Assembly: GCA_029856435.1 (NCBI GenBank)
Contig: JAHQXB010000046.1
Coordinates: 1 to 14,675, forward strand
DNA from: Candidatus Jordarchaeia archaeon
GTDB lineage: Archaea; Asgardarchaeota; Jordiarchaeia; Jordiarchaeales; Jordiarchaeaceae
Length of the DNA: 14,675 bases
Reading direction: 5' to 3'
Position 1 is the stretch's first letter. Every line of letters starts with the position of its first letter. This document shows positions 7,924 through 14,675 of this stretch, piece by piece. The notes beneath the pieces are model-generated. The model was not told where the DNA came from and did no database searches. It saw nothing but the letters and a program-made list of their open reading frames with translations. The translations under genes were made by a program, and so were the position numbers.

Positions 7924-8286
7924 GCTGATTCCTCAAAAATTAACTAGAAAAGGAGGCTAATAGTTCTTACGGTTATTACTCCTCCTCAACCACTTGAAAT
8001 CTTTAATCCGACAAAATAGATTTTATTAGTAGAAAAATCAATAATCAAGTAATACTATGTATGAGTCTGAAGTGAAACTAGCTGGTTAAGTGGATATCCT
8101 AAAAGGAAGTATTCCAAGAAAATGGAGTAAAGGTGGATAAAGGCGAGTTGAGTGGACATTCGTCACTTTGCATGAACCAAAAGTCTAGCACATTCTTTGA
8201 AGGCCCGCTTACCTAATAGGCCATATATCTTTTTGGTGGAGTCGGTTAGGGAAGGTTCTAGATTAGAAGAGTGATAAGTGATTCTT

Positions 8287-11200
8287 ATGATGGCTGAGGT
8301 GTTTAGGACAGGGGAAAAATTTGATGATATAGTACAATTTTTTGAGGCGAAGGGATTCATTAGAAAAGCCTTTGAAGAGGCTAAAAACTTGGGGGGAGGG
8401 AAACATGTTTACTTCAAAATTTCCGAGGATGACCTTTTTCTACTATTAGTTGAACACTCGCCCGATGAGGATGCAAACATCTATGAAAAGAAGCTCGAAA
8501 ACTTATCTTCAAAATACATATTACTTGTTTGCCAAGGTGCCAAGGAATACCGTTTTTTCAAGTACGATGTTGGAACCGGCAAGGTTCTAAAGTTGAGAAA
8601 ACAAAAATCAGATATTGATTTGGCATTTCTCAGAAAACTAGAAGCACTTGAATACAACAATGTAGATTCCTTTGAAGAGCTTTTTGATAGGAGCGAGTTG
8701 ATAAAGGAGTTCTATCAGCTCTACTGTGACGCTGAAAAATTTCTTCTAGAGAAAATTGGGGGAGTACTGGATGAGCGTGATAAAGAGTTTTTAACCAAGA
8801 TTATTTTCCTGAGAATAATGTTTCTGTGGTTTATTCAGAAAAAGAGGCTTTTGGATAATAATGAAAACTACTTTTTAGATAAATTTTGTGAAATAAGTGG
8901 TAGGGGGGGCAATTTTTACCAAGATTTTCTGAGGAAACTGTTTTTTCAGGGATTGTGTATTAGACCAAGTGAGAGGGAAAAGGAGGTTGCCCGGCTAATA
9001 GGTGATGTTCCCTACCTGAGTGATGGACTATTCATTGAAACCGAAATGGAGTTAAAGTATAGTATAAGTATTCCCAACGAATCCTTCTACAAAAAGATGC
9101 GCTACCCCATTCCCCGGGAGGAACAAAAAATACCCATATTAAACCTTCTGGAATGTAAGGAGTGGACTGTTGATGAGCGGTCTGGGGAAGTGGACAAAAT
9201 CAACCCTGAGATTCTGGGATACATATTTGAGAAAAATGTAAACAGGAAGGATTTAGGTGCTGTTTACACGCCTGAAGAAGTCACCGCATTTATGGCGAAA
9301 AATACTATACATCCATACCTTGTGGATCGTGTGAACGAAAAGTTTTCAACCTACTATGAGGGTTTAGATGAGCTGCTTAGGAATGGTTCGGAGGAACATT
9401 TGAAATATTTATTCCAAGTTTTAAGGGATATAAAAATTGTTGATGCTGCTGTGGGCAGTGGCCATTTCTTGGTAGATGCCATAGTGACACTTGAGAAAAT
9501 ATATCATACTCTGCGGGAGAGGGGAGTTTTGGGTTGGAGTAATTACCAGATAAGGGAACACATTATAGTAAATAGTTTATTTGGTGTGGACATATTGGAG
9601 GAAGCTGTGGAGATATGTAAGCTGAGGTTGTTCCTGGCGCTTGCGGAAACTTTCAGGACAAAGGAGGATGTGCAGCCTCTGCCCAACATTGACTTTAACA
9701 TTAGGTGTGGTAATTCCCTTATTGGTTTTGCTTCCACTTCGGAGCTGGTTCAAAACTTCTTTCCCAAGGATGAAGCTGTTAAAACTATTTTGGGACACCT
9801 GGATTTTTTAGAGAAAAACTTTCCAGAAATAGCTGAAAAGGCAAGGAACATTCTCGGCAGACCAGCCATCGCCCCCATGGACCTTTTCAGGCTTAGAAAC
9901 GAGTTGGTTGAGAGGTACCGAACACTACACGATAGGGAATTACAGCCCAAGACTAGAAAAGTTTTAGTTGAAATCACGGAGGCCATTAACAAGGAGCTTA
10001 ACGCCCAGTACTATGGATTAGTAAAGGAATCCTTTCAAAGGGACGATAACTTGAAGAAATTGAGGGAGGACGAGAGATACCAAAAGTTCTTGGAGCTCAA
10101 ACCCTTCCACTGGGTACTGGAATACTCCGATGTCTTTCAAGAGGGAGGATTCGACATAGTAATTGGAAACCCCCCATATATTTCAAATAAAAACTTGAAA
10201 CACAACGAAAAAGTACTGTACAACAGGCTAAGTCACTGCACCCACAAGCAGTACGACATATACATACTCTTCATTGAGCGGGGTATGAAAATCCTCAAAG
10301 ACAGAGGCGAATTTTCCTACATTGTCTCAAACAAATTCCTCATAACGGAGTATGGGAAACCCCTCCGAACCCTTTTACTCAAAGAGTGGAACACAAAAAC
10401 AGTCATAGACGTTTCAAACATTAAAGTGTTTAAGGAAGCAGCAACCTACCCCATAATCATCCACATAAACAAGAAAAGACCATCAGAAAAAATAACCATC
10501 GGCATAGTGAATAAACTCACAAATCTCCACAAACCTCAAGACCTAACCGTCTCCAAAAAATTCTTCCAAAGCATACCTGAAAACGTTATACCTCTAAAAA
10601 TTAACAAAAACAATCTACCCATCTTGGAAGCGGTTACAAGAAAATTTAACAAACGCTACAATTTTAGCTGCGGAATAGCCACCACTGGCTTCAGCAAACA
10701 CATAACAAGCAAACCCCAAAACCCCCAAGACTACCAGCCCATCATTCAAGGAGACAACATTAAACCCTACGCCATAGTATCCTCAAACAAATACATAAAA
10801 AGGTCAATCATACCCCCAAGAAAACATGAAGATTTTCTCAAAAAGAAGATAGTGATACCCGGAATGGTAAAACAACTCAACGCGGCAATCGACCTCAAAG
10901 GATACGCACTCGGACGCATATACTACCTAACCGAAGACGTAGGAATCGAAAACCTAAAAAGCACACTACTCCTTCTCAACTCCAAACTATTCCAATACGC
11001 CTACCAGGTCATATACGGATCCTCCCACATGGCGGGAGGATACCTGAGAATAAACGCCCCCTACCTAAACATCTTCTCATACCCCCAAAACAACAAACAC
11101 CTATCCACCCTCACAGAATACATACTAACCCTACAAGAAACAAGCAAAGAAAACCAGCACCTCCAATTCCTAAAAGAACTCGCAGACTACATAATCTATG

Positions 11201-11415
11201 AACTCTACCTCGAAGAAGATTTAGGCACAGAACTCACCGACACAATAACACCCCACCTCCCCAATCCAGAAAAAATACCACAAGAAGAAAAAGTGAACAC
11301 CATAAAAGAAACCATCAACAAAATAAAAAACAACTCCCAAACAAAACAAAAAATTGAAAAAATCAAAAATCACCCCTGGATAAAAATAATCGAATCCCAC
11401 ACCCAAACACCATAA
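8287..11415 (+). CDS. Eco57I/Type IIG-like N6-adenine DNA methyltransferase with C-terminal target-recognition domain
   Basis: Gamma-class order: NPEILGYIFE...GAVYTP (motif X), IVDAAVGSGHF (motif I, P->A), LFGVDI, NIRCGNSL, PFHW, FDIVIGNPPY (motif IV), then a TaqI_C-like TRD. The ORF opens at GTG 8278; ATG 8287/8290 is the more likely start. Confidence 0.9.
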   Translation: MMAEVFRTGEKFDDIVQFFEAKGFIRKAFEEAKNLGGGKHVYFKISEDDLFLLLVEHSPDEDANIYEKKLENLSSKYILLVCQGAKEYRFFKYDVGTGKVLKLRKQKSDIDLAFLRKLEALEYNNVDSFEELFDRSELIKEFYQLYCDAEKFLLEKIGGVLDERDKEFLTKIIFLRIMFLWFIQKKRLLDNNENYFLDKFCEISGRGGNFYQDFLRKLFFQGLCIRPSEREKEVARLIGDVPYLSDGLFIETEMELKYSISIPNESFYKKMRYPIPREEQKIPILNLLECKEWTVDERSGEVDKINPEILGYIFEKNVNRKDLGAVYTPEEVTAFMAKNTIHPYLVDRVNEKFSTYYEGLDELLRNGSEEHLKYLFQVLRDIKIVDAAVGSGHFLVDAIVTLEKIYHTLRERGVLGWSNYQIREHIIVNSLFGVDILEEAVEICKLRLFLALAETFRTKEDVQPLPNIDFNIRCGNSLIGFASTSELVQNFFPKDEAVKTILGHLDFLEKNFPEIAEKARNILGRPAIAPMDLFRLRNELVERYRTLHDRELQPKTRKVLVEITEAINKELNAQYYGLVKESFQRDDNLKKLREDERYQKFLELKPFHWVLEYSDVFQEGGFDIVIGNPPYISNKNLKHNEKVLYNRLSHCTHKQYDIYILFIERGMKILKDRGEFSYIVSNKFLITEYGKPLRTLLLKEWNTKTVIDVSNIKVFKEAATYPIIIHINKKRPSEKITIGIVNKLTNLHKPQDLTVSKKFFQSIPENVIPLKINKNNLPILEAVTRKFNKRYNFSCGIATTGFSKHITSKPQNPQDYQPIIQGDNIKPYAIVSSNKYIKRSIIPPRKHEDFLKKKIVIPGMVKQLNAAIDLKGYALGRIYYLTEDVGIENLKSTLLLLNSKLFQYAYQVIYGSSHMAGGYLRINAPYLNIFSYPQNNKHLSTLTEYILTLQETSKENQHLQFLKELADYIIYELYLEEDLGTELTDTITPHLPNPEKIPQEEKVNTIKETINKIKNNSQTKQKIEKIKNHPWIKIIESHTQTP

Positions 11416-11460
11416 CCAAAATAAACCTCACCCAAAAAACCACAAAAACAACCTCCCCCA
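11393..11460 (+). repeat. Low-complexity A/C tract (68 nt without G, only 5 T) spanning the MTase stop
   Basis: Direct count: last G at 11392, next G at 11461. Confidence 0.85.
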
Positions 11461-11813
11461 GTAAAACCACGAAACTATCACATTTAAAACAAAAATTTCC
11501 GATTAGACTTGTTTGGGCAAACTTTGCGGGAGTTAAATAAGATTCATCCTTACCGTAAGAATTAGGAAACAAAAGCAGCCAGCTACGGGCCTAAAAGCAA
11601 GGTTTCCCGCATCCAAAACCAATGATTATTTAAATACCCGTTTTAAAACTAGCGAACTCGTTCTTCTGGTGCGTCGCGGGGGTAAAAATAAAGATTGAGG
11701 GTTTTCATTTTGTACCTTCTTTTCCCGCTCCATTTATTTCTAGTTTTCTTTTACCAGATTTGCTTCACAACAGAGCCAATTAATCATTGCGTCTTGTTTT
11801 CCCATGAAATGAG

Positions 11814-12266
11814 TTAAGTGATTATTTCTGGCGATATGGTGACTGGGACTTTTAAGGAGTTTGTTATTAGGCAGTAATCTTTTGCTATTTCAGTAGCTTT
11901 AATGGCCTTTTCTCGGTTCTCTTTTGAGACCTTCAATTTGGGAACTATTTTGATTCTTTCAAAAGATTTTCCGGGAACCATTTCGCCTTCTGCGATTTCT
12001 CCTACCGCTTTAACTTCTATCATGGATGCTTCTATTCGCATTCTTTTGAGTGTAGCCACCATAAACATTTCGTAGCACATGGCGATAGACGCCAAGAAAC
12101 AATGCTCCGGAGTTACCACATCGCCTCGTGTTCCCCATGGGGGCATCGCGCAGAACTCCATACTAATTCCATTAGGATACTCCACTCTACCCTCGTAGCC
12201 TTCGCCACTCCATTTAGCAGTAGCCTCAAACAGCATAACATATTCACCATCCAAAAAATCACCCAT
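11814..12266 (-). CDS. OsmC/Ohr-family protein (peroxiredoxin-like)
   Basis: AKW..G...G, TPEHCFLASIAMC and AKDYCLITNSLK supply the two conserved OsmC cysteines. The true start may be ATG 12236 (GGTGA upstream). Confidence 0.88.
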   Translation of the reverse strand: MGDFLDGEYVMLFEATAKWSGEGYEGRVEYPNGISMEFCAMPPWGTRGDVVTPEHCFLASIAMCYEMFMVATLKRMRIEASMIEVKAVGEIAEGEMVPGKSFERIKIVPKLKVSKENREKAIKATEIAKDYCLITNSLKVPVTISPEIIT

Positions 12267-12590
12267 TACAAAATCATCGCAAACTATTCCATCTCCAACC
12301 AGAAGTAATAGTTTAATCCCGCCTACAATTATCCCTTCACATATATTAATATTAGGACAAAAGAAAACACCAACCCTTCAAAAGCATCAAGAACAGAAAT
12401 AAATTATTTTCCATCTGCCACCCTCACAAAAAAGGGATTATTCACAGTTTAAGAGAGACAGACAGAACAATTTCGCACACAAACATCAAGAATACATATC
12501 AGTTACGTTATGTCTCGCCAAACCGCGGATAAACGAAAATTTCTACAAAAGATGCCTTTTGCCTCAATAAAAAGAATTAATAATTAAAAA

Positions 12591-12600
12591 TTTATATAAA
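12591..12600 (+). promoter_or_regulatory. TATA box TTTATATAAA for the membrane protein gene
   Basis: About 35 nt upstream of ATG 12635, preceded by an A-rich BRE-like stretch. Confidence 0.65.
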
Positions 12601-12634
12601 GGCTCCCAGAATAGCCGTTGGGACTGGAACTCTT

Positions 12635-14671
12635 ATGAGAAGAGGACTACTTATAATTTGCCTCCTAACTTGTGTAATGCTCACCACCTCCGCTGTAATG
12701 TTCTATCCCAATACTTCACCAGTATGTGGAGCGGTTCAGGGTTTAGAGGTAGGCTCAAAAATAGTTTATGGGCCATTCTACAATTTGAGCTCCTCAAATC
12801 CCATTCAAATACCAATCCCCACAGGGTGGAATGTCAACTCCATTAACATGTCATTCTTCAACATCGTTGCCCCCAATTCTACCGTCTCAATGGAAGAAGA
12901 CATGTTTAGGGCAAACGATATAGCTGTTTATGTTCGAGCAATGTCCTTCCAGATTCCGGAAAACCAAACTGCGTATCTATATTCCATAAGCCTTTACCTG
13001 CTACATTTCCCGTTTGATATGCCTCTACAGCCTATTAATTTAAATTTGTCTCTCTTTAACGCTACGAGTACCACAATTAACGGAAAAATTATCCCCAAAC
13101 CACACACTCTCCTAGCTAGTGAAACATTTCAATTTCCAGTGGCCACTGGCCCCATAGGGTGGAAAGACTTTTTCTCGCACACCTCTTATGAACTCAGCCC
13201 TGAGATAGAAACCTATAATCGCACCTTCTTTATAACCGTCACAAACGCCACATCTTTTCCAGGAATTTATAGGGTTTTCTGGTTCTATGCTCCAGATAGT
13301 GGAACATCAACTGATGGTGACGGGTATGAAGATAAAGGCTACGCCTTTTACTACGACAGTATCCTGAGCGATTGGGAACTCGAATATGTGAACACTACTA
13401 GTAAAACTACTTTGGATTACTGTCTCAGGTTGCGTTTTAGTGTGAATAATGAAACGGGGTCTTGGGAAACTCCTTTCCCCACCCATGTGAATATGAATGT
13501 AAATGGGACTATTGTGATGGATCTTCAAGCAAGGGGGTCGGGCTTATGTAATCTTTCTCAGCCACTTAATATTTCTGGAAATTTGGCTAATTTATATATT
13601 GGTACTAGTTGGTTTAGACCCCTCATTTTTAGTGTTAGTATAGAGGTTTATGGTGTTGATGTTTTAGGAATGCTTTACTTACAAGGTTTGACTATGTTTT
13701 TCTTCTATGGCATTATGAAGGATAGCCGAGATAGGTTCCTCCTGCTGATGAGTTTGGTTGCCGCGGGTGCGGTTATTACAGCAGGATATGGGGGATGGAA
13801 GGCTTACAAGAAGAGGAGGATTCCATTGAATGCGATGAAAAGCTTAGAGAATATACTTGTTGACCACAATGTTGCTGGCACTTTGATTTGGTCTTTTGAC
13901 TTTATTTCAATGCAGCAGGACATAGCTCTGGTTTCCGGATTTATTCAGGCAATCAAGACCTTCCTTGAGGAGATGAAAGTGGGCGGGCTAAAGAGACTGG
14001 GAACAGAGTTTGGAACCTTCATCAGGGAAGAGGGTAAACTACTTACTGCAACGTGCATCGCAGGAAACATCGGAATCGACGAAGAACTATGGATCAGAAG
14101 CAAACTTAATGAGTTTATTGTCCAAGTAGAGCAGACCCATTATAAACAGCTTGAAGAGTGGAAGGGTGATGTTGCACAATTTAGGGAGTCCTTCTCCTTA
14201 ATTCTATCATCATTAATTGATCTAAAGAGGGTGCAGGGTCTTCAGAGGCAAAAAGTTGAGAAGTTAACTAGGGATAAGGATAGACTACAGAGAGAGGTCA
14301 ACAAGTACGGGGCGAAGCTTGATAAATTGAAGGGCAAGTATGATTCGGGGGAAATTGATTTTAAGAAGTATCTGGTTGAAAGGTACAAAATAGAAGCCAA
14401 ATATGACAGGGTTCAAAAGGACTATCTCTACGCCAGCCTTTTCCTATCGAAAGCATCCCCTATACTGGAAGAAAAACTAATGAAACCAAAAGAAATAGAA
14501 ATGTTGGAAAAAATACAGAACCGTTTTCTCGAAATCAGAAGAGAAATAGACGAATTGAGAAAAAAGGAATTAAAAGGCATAGTAACTTCTGAGGACATAG
14601 CAATTAAGGAAAAACTACAAAAGGAACTCATGAGCCTTATGGAAAAACTGGAAAAGCTAAAAAAAGTCTAA
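12635..14671 (+). CDS. Secreted/membrane protein: signal peptide, sequon-rich ectodomain, TM helix, cytoplasmic longin-like domain, coiled coil
   Basis: N-terminal MRR plus hydrophobic leader; 14 N-x-S/T sequons in about aa 26-320; TM FLLLMSLVAAGAVITAGYGGW (aa 368-388) followed by KAYKKRR; aa about 405-529 (ILVDHNVAGTLIWSF...DIALVSGFIQAIKTF...GTFIREEG...WKGDVAQF) fit the longin beta-beta-alpha-beta-beta-beta-alpha-alpha pattern; K/E-rich heptad tail. Confidence 0.75.
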   Translation: MRRGLLIICLLTCVMLTTSAVMFYPNTSPVCGAVQGLEVGSKIVYGPFYNLSSSNPIQIPIPTGWNVNSINMSFFNIVAPNSTVSMEEDMFRANDIAVYVRAMSFQIPENQTAYLYSISLYLLHFPFDMPLQPINLNLSLFNATSTTINGKIIPKPHTLLASETFQFPVATGPIGWKDFFSHTSYELSPEIETYNRTFFITVTNATSFPGIYRVFWFYAPDSGTSTDGDGYEDKGYAFYYDSILSDWELEYVNTTSKTTLDYCLRLRFSVNNETGSWETPFPTHVNMNVNGTIVMDLQARGSGLCNLSQPLNISGNLANLYIGTSWFRPLIFSVSIEVYGVDVLGMLYLQGLTMFFFYGIMKDSRDRFLLLMSLVAAGAVITAGYGGWKAYKKRRIPLNAMKSLENILVDHNVAGTLIWSFDFISMQQDIALVSGFIQAIKTFLEEMKVGGLKRLGTEFGTFIREEGKLLTATCIAGNIGIDEELWIRSKLNEFIVQVEQTHYKQLEEWKGDVAQFRESFSLILSSLIDLKRVQGLQRQKVEKLTRDKDRLQREVNKYGAKLDKLKGKYDSGEIDFKKYLVERYKIEAKYDRVQKDYLYASLFLSKASPILEEKLMKPKEIEMLEKIQNRFLEIRREIDELRKKELKGIVTSEDIAIKEKLQKELMSLMEKLEKLKKV

Positions 14672-14675
14672 TACA

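Noticed and set aside
7924-8286. Possible small ORF or controller gene between the divergent MTases
   Set aside because: The plus-strand frames examined are interrupted by stops within about 35 codons, the 65-aa minus-strand ORF overlaps the MTase start, and no HTH/C-protein motif is seen.
11221-11572. Hydrophobic minus-strand ORFs (61 and 69 aa) that look like small membrane proteins
   Set aside because: The Phe/Val/Gly/Cys richness is the direct mirror of the A/C-rich plus strand.
5187-11587. 8-bp direct repeat CAGCTACG (5187-5194 and 11580-11587) flanking the MTase pair as possible att sites
   Set aside because: An 8-mer match between two several-hundred-bp spacers is expected by chance, and there is no integrase or tRNA nearby.
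11629-11682. TATA-like TTTAAATA followed by a short GC-rich stretch as a small RNA gene
   Set aside because: Only a 4-bp stem (GCGA/TCGC), with no tRNA or box C/D features. Insufficient support.

Overview
Archaeal window. TATA-like promoters, GGAGG/GGTGA ribosome-binding sites and a longin-like domain suggest an Asgard-type lineage (inference). Left to right it contains: the N-terminus of an IS607-like tnpA at the window edge; a doubly broken toxin-antitoxin pair (N-truncated AbrB-like antitoxin, and a PIN/VapC toxin frameshifted by a perfect 28-bp tandem duplication); a stand-alone Pat-type GNAT acetyltransferase convergent with a PaaK/F390-synthetase-like AMP-forming ligase; an unexplained 183-bp structured element bounded by perfect 16-bp inverted repeats; and an iscS-iscU pair whose IscU has non-canonical cluster ligands (Cys->Asp, His->Glu). 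These are followed by two large divergent adenine DNA methyltransferases (DUF1156-type with Zn ribbons, and Eco57I/Type IIG-like with an apparently degenerate nuclease domain) with no helicase/ATPase partner in view; an OsmC-family protein; and a 678-aa sequon-rich ectodomain-TM-longin-coiled-coil protein. A recurring G/T-to-A/C strand-composition flip runs along several transcription units. All family assignments come from motif recognition by eye; no database search was run.
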